Source: Rhodospirillaceae bacterium
Lineage (GTDB): Bacteria; Pseudomonadota; Alphaproteobacteria; SHVP01
Assembly (NCBI GenBank): GCA_002722055.1
Contig: PBKD01000011.1
Span: 791-64,790 of the forward strand
Length of the DNA: 64,000 nucleotides
Direction of reading: 5' to 3'
Shown: positions 18,593 to 27,655 of the stretch, piece by piece
Numbering within the stretch: the first letter of the stretch is position 1
Layout: the number at the start of each line of letters is the position of its first letter
Notes under the pieces: generated by a model
What the model was told of the DNA's origin: nothing
The model's database searches: none
Seen by the model: only the letters and a program-made list of their open reading frames with translations
Translations under genes and position numbers: made by a program

Positions 18593-19750
18593 TTATACCG
18601 CAAGCTTGCAAGCTTCATATATTTTTTTGATGATCCATTCTTGTTTATTCTTTTCTAAATTAGTAGAACATGGCAATGCAATAAACTCTCTCGAAATTTT
18701 TTCTGTTACATTTGTTTTTGAATGTAAATATTTTTTGTAAGGTTTTTGGGTAGACAAGTTCTGCCAAAATAATTTAGCTTCAATATTATTTAAATTAAGA
18801 TATTGAATAATTTTATCAATGTTTGGGTGAACCCTTCTATTAACTTGAACGCCACTCATCCAAGCTGAGCTTATAGACCATTTTGGACATGGAATTGAAC
18901 TTAAGCCTGGCACATCAGTAATTGCTTGATTATAAGTTTCGAGTATACGCCTTTTATTATAAATAAATTCATCAACTCTATCTAGTTGAGCGCAGCCTAT
19001 GGCAGCCTCAACATTTGTCATCCTATGATTATATCCAATCACATCATGATTATATGATCCATTATATACTTTACCGGTACCACTTTTTTCTCTTATTAAA
19101 CCCATAAGACTTTTATCATTTCCAATTACAGCACCACCACCACCAGTAGTTATTATTTTATTTCCATTAAACGAGAAAGTAATTAACCCAGATATATTTT
19201 TAGCAATTTGATTATTATTATACTCCGCTCCAATAGAAGCAGCACCATCAATAATGACTTTAAGATTATACTTATTAGCAATTTGCTCCACTGCATCAAT
19301 ATTACAAACAATTCCTAATGTATTAACAGGCATAATACATGCTATTTTTTGTCCTGTTTTATTATGATATATATGATCCCCTTTCCAATTCGTTTCACAC
19401 CTCAATTGCTCATCAACTAAATTACAATCTAGTGTCCATGATTTAGATTCTATATCAATAAACCAAGGAGAAGCGCCTGACATACTTACAGAATTTGCCG
19501 TAGCAACAAATGAATACGCAGGAATAATAACTATATCACCATAGCCAATACCACATGATTTAAGGGCAAGGTGAAGAGCAGAGGTTCCTGAAGATGTTGA
19601 AACAGTATACTTTCCACCAGTTGATAGAGATAATTTTTTTTCAAACTCTTTTATATACGGACCAGAAGATGAAACATAACCACTAGAAATACAGTTTTGT
19701 AGTAATTTACTTTCATTTCCATCAAGGTTTGGCTCTGCTAAAGGAATCAT
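18593..19750 (-). CDS. legC: LegC-family DegT/DnrJ PLP aminotransferase
   Basis: IPL.EPNL.GNE....CI.SGYVSS.G.YI.EFE, FSFNGNKIITTGGGG (PLP Lys), GYNHRMTN..AAIG.AQL. Confidence 0.85.
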   Translation of the reverse strand: MIPLAEPNLDGNESKLLQNCISSGYVSSSGPYIKEFEKKLSLSTGGKYTVSTSSGTSALHLALKSCGIGYGDIVIIPAYSFVATANSVSMSGASPWFIDIESKSWTLDCNLVDEQLRCETNWKGDHIYHNKTGQKIACIMPVNTLGIVCNIDAVEQIANKYNLKVIIDGAASIGAEYNNNQIAKNISGLITFSFNGNKIITTGGGGAVIGNDKSLMGLIREKSGTGKVYNGSYNHDVIGYNHRMTNVEAAIGCAQLDRVDEFIYNKRRILETYNQAITDVPGLSSIPCPKWSISSAWMSGVQVNRRVHPNIDKIIQYLNLNNIEAKLFWQNLSTQKPYKKYLHSKTNVTEKISREFIALPCSTNLEKNKQEWIIKKIYEACKLAV

Positions 19751-19753
19751 TTT

Positions 19754-20497
19754 TTACCCTGTAGCAAATTTCATTTGAGATTTATCGTCTAAAATTGTCG
19801 AACTTTGCATGATTGATTGCGCAAAAGAGAAATCTTGTTCCGTGTTAATATCAACCGCTTCATATTCATTTATATATAATGGATTAAAGTTTTTATAATT
19901 TATTATAATACCTCTATCTCTAATAATTTTTTGAATATAAGTATTTCTAGAAAACATAATCAGTGGGTTAGAATAATATAAATTAGGAAGTTCTTGCCTT
20001 CTCTCGGGCTTTTTGATATCAGCAATAAACTCTTCTATATTGTCTCCATTTTTTTTAAACATAAAAAAGGGATGCTCTTTAACTTTAGTAACACTTAAGA
20101 CAGAGTCATACTTATCACCTATCATAGATATAGCTTTATTAATATGAATTTTAGTTCTCATAGGAGATGTTGGCTGTAAATAACCTACCAACTCTGGTAC
20201 CCAGTTATTTTCAATTTTTAACCAATTTAAAGTATGATTTACTACATCTATTGCTTTAGAAGTATTTCCTGATAAAAATTTAGGCCTCAAAAAAGGAACT
20301 TCTGCTCCTAATGTCCTAGCAATATTAGCAATTTCTATTGAGTCAGTAGAAACAATTACCCTATCAAGATTGCTATTTATTGCTGCATTTATGGTGTAAT
20401 AAATTAAGGGTTTGCCTTTGAGCAATCTTATATTTTTCTTTTTTACTTCAGAGGAACCAATCCTTGCAGGAATTATACCAAGAGTTTTGAAATTCAT
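19754..20497 (-). CDS. neuA: Acylneuraminate cytidylyltransferase (NeuA/LegF-type)
   Basis: IIPARIGS..V.KKNIR.L.GKPLI, VSTDS, FLRP..LS, LQPTSP.R, VDINT..DF. Confidence 0.9.
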   Translation of the reverse strand: MNFKTLGIIPARIGSSEVKKKNIRLLKGKPLIYYTINAAINSNLDRVIVSTDSIEIANIARTLGAEVPFLRPKFLSGNTSKAIDVVNHTLNWLKIENNWVPELVGYLQPTSPMRTKIHINKAISMIGDKYDSVLSVTKVKEHPFFMFKKNGDNIEEFIADIKKPERRQELPNLYYSNPLIMFSRNTYIQKIIRDRGIIINYKNFNPLYINEYEAVDINTEQDFSFAQSIMQSSTILDDKSQMKFATG

Positions 20498-21579
20498 TCT
20501 GCTGCCTTTTCTTGATTAGCACCAGGTTGTTTGATTGATACTGGAAGATAACATTTTCTACACATATCGATCTTATTATATTCTCCACTAGAATGTTTAT
20601 TTCTTATATCTTTATATTTTTCACCATTCCAGATGTTATATAGTTTTTCTTTTTTCCAATTTCCTACAATGACCTCATCTTTATCATCAACACAGCATAT
20701 CGTAACATTTCCATTATTTTTTAAAAACATTCTATGAAAAGGCTGAGCACAATGGAACCCAGGAACATATTCATACTCTCCACTTATCTCCTCATCTCTT
20801 TCTGTATACCAACTATAGCCAACCGCATCAACGATACCTTTCCACATAACCTGTAATGCCTTATACTGCTCCATCCATTTTGGGTCATCATACATAACCA
20901 TTGAAACTCTTACCTGGCAACTTGGTCTGATCTTATTTCTTAACTTTACAAATTTATAGAGGTTATCTATTGTTCTACCCAGAGTTGCTCCAACTCTTTG
21001 AGTTTCGTAGTCCTTAGGGTTTACTGCGTCAAATGAAATAAATAAGCCATCAATACCTGCTTTTAAAAGTGACTCAGAATTCTTTTCATTTAGCGCAGCT
21101 CCGTTAGAGTTCATAATTACATCTATTACACCTTTTTTCTTTGCATATTCTATTTGCCAAGCAATATCTTTATGCATTAATGGCTCACCTAAATAATTAA
21201 GTTTAATTGATCTTAAGTTATATCTTGTGCCTTCATCAATAATTTTCATAAATTCGTCTTTTGTGATAAAACCGTTCTCATTGAACTTACCTTGCTCTAC
21301 TAATTGTGTTCTTGGACACATTGGGCACTTAAGATTACAATAAGTTGTAGTTTCAATATCTAAATGAAGAGGAAAATCAATATCTGTAAAATTCTTAGGA
21401 ATATTTGTCCAATCAGATCTATATTTATGATACTCATCAGGTTTTAAGTTTAACCATTTATCATCAAGAGTAATTTCACTATAAGTTGCGTTAGGATCAA
21501 ACTCCCATGGAATTGATTCATCAATATCTCTAATTGGGGAATTAAATTTTTTAATTTTATCTAAATTTTCATTCTTCAT
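20494..21579 (-). CDS. Radical SAM protein with SPASM/Twitch domain
   Basis: CNLKCPMC (CxxxCxxC), LNYLGEPL, NSNG, C-terminal CAQPF...G.V..CC.D...GN...IWNG...R...C.KC. Confidence 0.92.
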   Translation of the reverse strand: MKNENLDKIKKFNSPIRDIDESIPWEFDPNATYSEITLDDKWLNLKPDEYHKYRSDWTNIPKNFTDIDFPLHLDIETTTYCNLKCPMCPRTQLVEQGKFNENGFITKDEFMKIIDEGTRYNLRSIKLNYLGEPLMHKDIAWQIEYAKKKGVIDVIMNSNGAALNEKNSESLLKAGIDGLFISFDAVNPKDYETQRVGATLGRTIDNLYKFVKLRNKIRPSCQVRVSMVMYDDPKWMEQYKALQVMWKGIVDAVGYSWYTERDEEISGEYEYVPGFHCAQPFHRMFLKNNGNVTICCVDDKDEVIVGNWKKEKLYNIWNGEKYKDIRNKHSSGEYNKIDMCRKCYLPVSIKQPGANQEKAAE

Positions 21580-21585
21580 TTTATA

Positions 21586-22680
21586 TCACCATATATTTTG
21601 AATTGGTTCACCTGATTTATAATTTTTATTTGCTTTTTTACCAATTAAATCCCAAATTTTCATCGGTGAAACACCGTTTCCTGGTCTTAAAGCAATAAGA
21701 TTATCTCTTGTAAATTCAGTTCCTTTTATTATTTCTTTTCGGGCAGTTAAACTTTTTCTAGCAACAAACTTATTACACTCTTCAGATTTTAAAGATTGCT
21801 TTATTTCACTCCCCAAAGCTACCTCAACTTCTCTTATTGATTTTATCAGATGATTTAATTCATTTGGCTCTATTGAAGCTTTGTGATCAGGCCCAGGTAA
21901 ATTTTTATCTAATGTAAAATGTTTTTCAATAACTGTTGCACCTAAAGCAGCTGAAGCAATTGTTACTACACTACCTTCACTATGGTCAGAATAACCAATA
22001 GGTACATTAAATTTTCTAGATATTTCACTCATACTATTTAAATTTATAGAATCTAATGGAGCAGGGTATTGTGATGTGCAATGTAATAAAGTTATATACT
22101 TACTTAGTAATGAATAAAAAGAGTCAGTGTATAAATATTTTTTTATTTCACTCTTAGAGCTAATATCTCTATTTTTTTCTAAATAAGTAAATACGATTAA
22201 CCCCAAAGCATCTTCAATTTCATTCATATTTGACATGCCTGTAGATACAATCAAAGGTAAATTACTTCTTGCTGATTTAACTAGCAAAGGACCATTTGTA
22301 ATCTCCCCTGAAGGTATTTTGATTCTCTTTATTCCAAATGAAACTAATTCATCTAAACTTTCTTCATCAAATGGTGTCGCAAGAAATTCAATATTCTTTT
22401 TATTACATCTATCAATTATTTTCTTTATATCACTTCTATTGAGTTCTAATTTTTTTAACATTTCAAATTGAGACTCTAAAATATTTGTATTATTTTTTTG
22501 ATATTCTGCTTTTGGAGTATCTTTTATTAATAACTTTTCAGTTTTATAGTATTGAAATTTAATTATATCTGCACCTGCATTAGCTGCCGTATCAATTAAC
22601 TGAAATGCTCTGTCAATATCTCCATTGTGATTGACACCAGCTTCTGCAATAAATATTATTTTATTTTTATTAATCATCAT
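21586..22680 (-). CDS. neuB: Nonulosonic acid synthase NeuB/LegI (canonical)
   Basis: IAEAGVNHNG, KFQ, TPFD, KIPSGE, STGM, LLHCTSQYP, GYSDH, EKHFTLD, C-terminal AFP-like domain with ARKS. Confidence 0.93.
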   Translation of the reverse strand: MMINKNKIIFIAEAGVNHNGDIDRAFQLIDTAANAGADIIKFQYYKTEKLLIKDTPKAEYQKNNTNILESQFEMLKKLELNRSDIKKIIDRCNKKNIEFLATPFDEESLDELVSFGIKRIKIPSGEITNGPLLVKSARSNLPLIVSTGMSNMNEIEDALGLIVFTYLEKNRDISSKSEIKKYLYTDSFYSLLSKYITLLHCTSQYPAPLDSINLNSMSEISRKFNVPIGYSDHSEGSVVTIASAALGATVIEKHFTLDKNLPGPDHKASIEPNELNHLIKSIREVEVALGSEIKQSLKSEECNKFVARKSLTARKEIIKGTEFTRDNLIALRPGNGVSPMKIWDLIGKKANKNYKSGEPIQNIW

Positions 22681-22682
22681 TT

Positions 22683-23486
22683 TTAAAAAAAGAAATTATT
22701 GAATTCTCTATTTGCTTTTTCTAGATCAACTTTTTGTCCAATATCACACCAATAATCTCGAATTTTATAAACAGATATATTTTTATTATCATTTTTTATA
22801 AGGTCAATTACCTCTGTCATATCAATAAATGTATTCTTATTTATATAATTTAAAACTTCTGGTTCTATTACATAAATACCTGCATTAACAAGATATTTTT
22901 TATGAGGTTTTTCAGTCAATGTTCTTAAATAATTTTTTTCTTCTTCCACGACTCCATAGGGTATTTGGATACTCTGCTCAATTGCACATATTGTAGCTAA
23001 TGCTTTTGATTCTTTGTGTCTCTTAAGTAATTCATCAAAATCTATGTCCGTCAATATATCAGCATTCATTATTATAAGCGGTTTTTTAGGTTTCTTATTC
23101 AACAATGATAATGAGCCTGCAGTACCTAAAGCACAATTTTCTCTTAAGTATTTTATATTAGCGCCAAACTTAAGACCATCCTGAAAATGATCTTCAATCA
23201 TTTCACCTAAATAATTTATGGAAAGCCAGAAATTAGTAAACCCCCTACTAATAAACCTTTTAATTGTAGTCTCTAATAATGGTCTTGGCCCTACTTCTAG
23301 CAATGGTTTCGGACGTAGATTTGTTAATGGTGCTAATCTTTTACCATTACCACCGGCCATTAGTACTACAGCTTCACAATTATGTTTAGAAGTATTTATT
23401 TTGTTAGAAAAAGTACCAAATAACTGTTGATTTTCAGTTAAATTATTATGGTTAACTACTGTATCTAAACCTAATATTTCACCCAT
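22683..23486 (-). CDS. Sugar-phosphate nucleotidyltransferase (PtmE-like), no CBS domains
   Basis: VLMAGG.GKRL.PLT...PKPLL, LGTAGSL, MNADILT, NAGIYV, YWCDIG. Confidence 0.85.
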   Translation of the reverse strand: MGEILGLDTVVNHNNLTENQQLFGTFSNKINTSKHNCEAVVLMAGGNGKRLAPLTNLRPKPLLEVGPRPLLETTIKRFISRGFTNFWLSINYLGEMIEDHFQDGLKFGANIKYLRENCALGTAGSLSLLNKKPKKPLIIMNADILTDIDFDELLKRHKESKALATICAIEQSIQIPYGVVEEEKNYLRTLTEKPHKKYLVNAGIYVIEPEVLNYINKNTFIDMTEVIDLIKNDNKNISVYKIRDYWCDIGQKVDLEKANREFNNFFF

Positions 23487-23623
23487 TTATTCACCAAAAG
23501 TTGTAATATTTAAAATGAATTTACAACAACTAGGTTACTAATCAGTTAATTTTGAGATTTCTAGAGTCTATCCGCGAATAAAAAAATATTATTATAAAAG
23601 TTAAAGATTAGTTAATTTTTCAT

Positions 23624-24622
23624 TTATATAGAATAATTACCAAATCTATAGAAACTTAGGTTTAGTGGATCATCAAACCATTCAATTGTTTTTTTCAATC
23701 CATTTATAAAGCCACCCTTACCTGAATACTTTGGCTCCCAACCCAAAAGCATCTTTGATCTACTGTTATCTGACCAAAGTCTATCAACTTCACTCTCATC
23801 AGGCCTCTTTCTTAACTCTTCAATATTAATAGAAGTTTGGAAACCCATTAAATCACTAATCAAATTAGCAGTTTCACCTATTGAAATTTCAAAGTTATTA
23901 CCAAGGTTAAGAATTTCTCCCTCCGCTATACCAACTTTTGAAGCTAATATTAAACCATTAACTGTATCTTCAACATAGCTAAAATCTCTTGTCGTATGCG
24001 TGGATCCTAATTTAATTAAATTTCTACTTTCTTTTATCTGCGTAATAATTGTGGGTATTACTGCTCTTGTAGATTGTCTAGGTCCATATGTATTGAAAGG
24101 TCTAATTATTGTTATCGGTAAACTAAAGCTATGGTAGAATGATAAACTCAATTGATCCGCTGCAGTCTTACTAGCCGCATAAGGTGATTGAGCATTCAAC
24201 CTATGATCTTCACTCATTGGAACATATTTAGCAGAACCATAAACTTCGCTTGTTGATGTTATTATAGTTTTTTGTATATTTAAATCCTTAGCCGCCATTA
24301 ATATATTTAAAGTTCCCATCACATTTGTTTCTATAAATGTTCTTGGAGCTTTATAAGAATAAGGAATACTCATCATAGCAGCTAAATGAATTATATTAGT
24401 GCAGTCTGAAGCTATATCTTTCATTAATTCTGCATCTCTAATATCTCCACTTATTATTTCAATAGAATCAAATATTTTCTTATCAATATTATCTAACCAA
24501 CCATTAGATCCAAAAGAATTATAATGAACCATAGCCCGGACATCTTTACCTGACCTGACAAGCTTTTCAACCAAATGAGAACCAATAAAACCGTCTGCCC
24601 CTGTTACTAAATATTTTTCCAT
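23624..24622 (-). CDS. legB: NAD-dependent nucleotide-sugar 4,6-dehydratase (LegB type)
   Basis: VTGADGFIGSHL, HYNSFGSNGWLD, HLAA..SIPYSY.AP, STSEVYG, YAASK, PFNTYGPRQS.RAVIPTII. Confidence 0.9.
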   Translation of the reverse strand: MEKYLVTGADGFIGSHLVEKLVRSGKDVRAMVHYNSFGSNGWLDNIDKKIFDSIEIISGDIRDAELMKDIASDCTNIIHLAAMMSIPYSYKAPRTFIETNVMGTLNILMAAKDLNIQKTIITSTSEVYGSAKYVPMSEDHRLNAQSPYAASKTAADQLSLSFYHSFSLPITIIRPFNTYGPRQSTRAVIPTIITQIKESRNLIKLGSTHTTRDFSYVEDTVNGLILASKVGIAEGEILNLGNNFEISIGETANLISDLMGFQTSINIEELRKRPDESEVDRLWSDNSRSKMLLGWEPKYSGKGGFINGLKKTIEWFDDPLNLSFYRFGNYSI

Positions 24623-24637
24623 TTATATCTCACTTTT

Positions 24638-25387
24638 CTAAGCAGCTAAATTTGTTTTTAACTTTATTTCTTTGGGTTTTTTTTGATTAACATTTGAATT
24701 TATTTTTTTTAATTTTGGATTTTTATCTAAAAATTTTATTACATCATTCAAACTAAATATTTCACCGCTTTTATATAAATTTTTAAAAATAATTTTCATT
24801 AATTCAAAGTCAGGTTTTTCATCAACAGTTAATCTTAAACCTGAATTACTATAATTTTTATTATGAAATAGTTCTCCTAATTTAAATTTATTTGTTCTTA
24901 AAAAATATTGCGGCCAAAACTCAGTCTCAGAACTATCTTTAATATCGCAGGCTTTATCTAGTGATGATCTATTCACTGTCATTGTGAATGTTCCAAAAGG
25001 TATATTTTTTGACATTGAAAAATCAAATTTTCCGTTGATATGATAATCTATTAATTCATCCATAAACAAATTATCAATTAGTGGGTTATCAGCTGTACAG
25101 CTTGAAATTACATCAATGTTGTAAAAATCAGCTGCATCCCTAAGTCTTAGCATAACATCATCTGGATGACCCCTAAAACAATCTAAGCCTTCTTTTAATG
25201 CAAATTTTTCTAAATCATCGTCTTGATCAATTGTTGAGGTGCACAATACAATGCGGTGACATTTTTTTGAATGTCTTAATCTATCTACCAAATGACCTAG
25301 CATTGGTCTACCACAAATAGGGAGTAGGACTTTCCTCTTCAACCTTTGAGACTTTAATCTGGCGGTAATGAAAGATGCTATTTTCAT
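24638..25387 (-). CDS. SpsF/KdsB-like ulosonic acid cytidylyltransferase (second copy)
   Basis: TARL.S.RL..KVL..I.G.PML, DD.L, FRG...DV..R...AA, TADNPLID, RLTVD...DFEL. Confidence 0.85.
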   Translation of the reverse strand: MKIASFITARLKSQRLKRKVLLPICGRPMLGHLVDRLRHSKKCHRIVLCTSTIDQDDDLEKFALKEGLDCFRGHPDDVMLRLRDAADFYNIDVISSCTADNPLIDNLFMDELIDYHINGKFDFSMSKNIPFGTFTMTVNRSSLDKACDIKDSSETEFWPQYFLRTNKFKLGELFHNKNYSNSGLRLTVDEKPDFELMKIIFKNLYKSGEIFSLNDVIKFLDKNPKLKKINSNVNQKKPKEIKLKTNLAA

Positions 25388-26385
25388 TGAATATCATCCA
25401 TTGTAACCAAGTTATGAAGTGAAATATTCTTATTAAGAACTTTTCCTTCTATCATTGATAATAAATCAGGAGACAAACCAAGCTTTGGACCCCTCAAAGC
25501 AATTAAATCATTATTATTTATTTTTTTACCTTTAACTAAGTCATGTTTAGCAACTAAACTTTTCCTTGAATATTTTCTATAATTTTCTTCATCTTCATTA
25601 AATCTTCTTGGAAATCCAGAACCCCTAGAAAGATCTATAGTATGAATCATATCAACAAATTCTTTGAATTCTGAAGGATTAAGAGCAGACTCATGATCTA
25701 AACCTTTGAAACTTCTATCATGTGTTAAATGTTTTTCTATTACATTTATTCCCATACCATAAACTGCAGCTGGCAACCAAAATGCCTCCATTTTATTTGC
25801 ATCACAGTGATCTTGATACCCAACAGTTAAACCATACAAATTAGAAATTTTTTTCATATACTCTAAATTTAAACTTATTGCTGATGTTGGAAATAATTGA
25901 TAACCATACATTAACCATATCGGGGAATTTGAGGTAAATCTTATAATTTTTATAGCAGAATCAATCTCACTTATAGTTGAAGCCCCTATACTTAAATCTA
26001 TTCTTTTTTTTGTATTAGCTACAGCTGATAGAATTTTTGGATTAGAAATGTCCGAAGCATGAATTTTATAAGCATCAACACCTAAACTTTCACAAAATTT
26101 TATACTTGCTTCATCATATACACAGGCAATTATGGAAAGTTTTGGAAAATTACCCTTTGTATATTCATATAAGTCTAACCACTGTTCTTTATTTAACTCA
26201 ATATCTTTTAATTTTTTAAAATCCGGACTATGTTTCACCATAATATCTTCTGCCGTCCAAATTTGAAATTGTATTGCATTAGCATTAGCTATACCAGCTG
26301 AGTCAATTATTTTTTTTGCTAAGGATACATCTCCTTCGTGAGAACAAGCCATTTCAGCTATTATATATGGTTTATTTTTATTCAT
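25384..26385 (-). CDS. Second, divergent NeuB-family protein
   Basis: IIAEMACSHEG, QFQ, KIHASD, GYQDH, IEKH.T.DR...G.DH..AL.P, AFP-like C-terminus with SRKS. Confidence 0.85.
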   Translation of the reverse strand: MNKNKPYIIAEMACSHEGDVSLAKKIIDSAGIANANAIQFQIWTAEDIMVKHSPDFKKLKDIELNKEQWLDLYEYTKGNFPKLSIIACVYDEASIKFCESLGVDAYKIHASDISNPKILSAVANTKKRIDLSIGASTISEIDSAIKIIRFTSNSPIWLMYGYQLFPTSAISLNLEYMKKISNLYGLTVGYQDHCDANKMEAFWLPAAVYGMGINVIEKHLTHDRSFKGLDHESALNPSEFKEFVDMIHTIDLSRGSGFPRRFNEDEENYRKYSRKSLVAKHDLVKGKKINNNDLIALRGPKLGLSPDLLSMIEGKVLNKNISLHNLVTMDDIQ

Positions 26386-26472
26386 TTCTGCCCTTTTAAA
26401 TTTGTATTTTATTTTTGAGTAAATATAGTTAATAAATATTTAATATATTTTTATTTCAATAAATTTTAATCA

Positions 26473-27651
26473 TTAACCTGAAATAAAATTTGATTTTTGG
26501 TTAAATGATTTAATTAGCAATTCACTTGTATTAATACTTAATATTTTTTTAACAATTTTCTTGGATGCACCAGGAGTGCCATAAGGGTTAATAGTATTCG
26601 CAACTTTTTTCTGGAAGCTAGGTGATAGCCCAATATGTAAACCCTTAGTGATATCTGTATATTCTTCCGAACAATTAATGATACTATTTGCTTTCAATCT
26701 TCCATTTTGTCTAGAACCAATATTTAAAGTTGGAGTACCCAATGATGGTGCTTCAATTATTCCGCTCGAAGAATTACCAACTAAAATATCTGCAATTTTA
26801 ATTAATGATAAATATAAATTTTGCCCAAATGAATCTCTTAAAATTAATTTATTTTCTTTTTTACATTTTTCTAAATATTTATTTATTGTTAAACCCATAG
26901 AGTCAGCATTTGATTTACTAACTAATACCGTTTTATCTTCAATTTCATCAAAAGCTTTGAATATATTTTTTAAAACTTCTATAGGATTTTTATTTCCAAG
27001 AGTAGCAGGATGATAGCTTAATAAAATAATTTTTTTCTTCAATGAAATATTTAACTTATTTTCTAATTCTGATCTTGAGAACATAGGAAGAGAATTTATA
27101 TTGTCCAACCCTGGAGCACCATAATTATATACATTTTTTGGATTTTCTCCCATTTGAATAACTCTTTGTTTATAATTTTCAGCGCAAGTAAAATGTAAAT
27201 GAGACATTTTAGTAATTGCATGCCTTATAGACTCATCAATCGAACCTTCTGATGACTCTCCACCGTGAATATGTGCAATTGGAATATTTAAAATCATTGC
27301 GGCCTGAGCTACTCCAAGCGCTTCATATCTATCACCAAGAATAACTAATATATCTGGTTTCAACCTATTTAATTCCTTAGAATATAATTTAATTCCATTA
27401 CCCAAATTATTTGCAATATCTATCTTTCTATCGTTTTTTAAATTTAGTTTAATTTTTGAGTTAATATTAAATCCATCATTCTCTATTTCCTTGAATGTCA
27501 TACCGAAATTTTTCGATAAGTGAGAACCAGAAACCATAATTTGTAAATTTAATTCGTTTCTATCATTTATTTCTATCATAATTGGCTTTAAAAGCCCGTA
27601 ATCAGCTCTTGTTCCTGTAAAAAAACAAATATTTTTTTTATTTTTTAACAA
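26473..27651 (-). CDS. neuC: Hydrolysing UDP/GDP-GlcNAc 2-epimerase (NeuC/LegG)
   Basis: TGTRADYG, SGSHL, GDRYE, HIHGGE.SEGSIDESIRHAITKMSH, GNSSSGIIEAP, IGSRQ.GR. Confidence 0.93.
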   Translation of the reverse strand: MLKNKKNICFFTGTRADYGLLKPIMIEINDRNELNLQIMVSGSHLSKNFGMTFKEIENDGFNINSKIKLNLKNDRKIDIANNLGNGIKLYSKELNRLKPDILVILGDRYEALGVAQAAMILNIPIAHIHGGESSEGSIDESIRHAITKMSHLHFTCAENYKQRVIQMGENPKNVYNYGAPGLDNINSLPMFSRSELENKLNISLKKKIILLSYHPATLGNKNPIEVLKNIFKAFDEIEDKTVLVSKSNADSMGLTINKYLEKCKKENKLILRDSFGQNLYLSLIKIADILVGNSSSGIIEAPSLGTPTLNIGSRQNGRLKANSIINCSEEYTDITKGLHIGLSPSFQKKVANTINPYGTPGASKKIVKKILSINTSELLIKSFNQKSNFISG

Positions 27652-27655
27652 CTAA

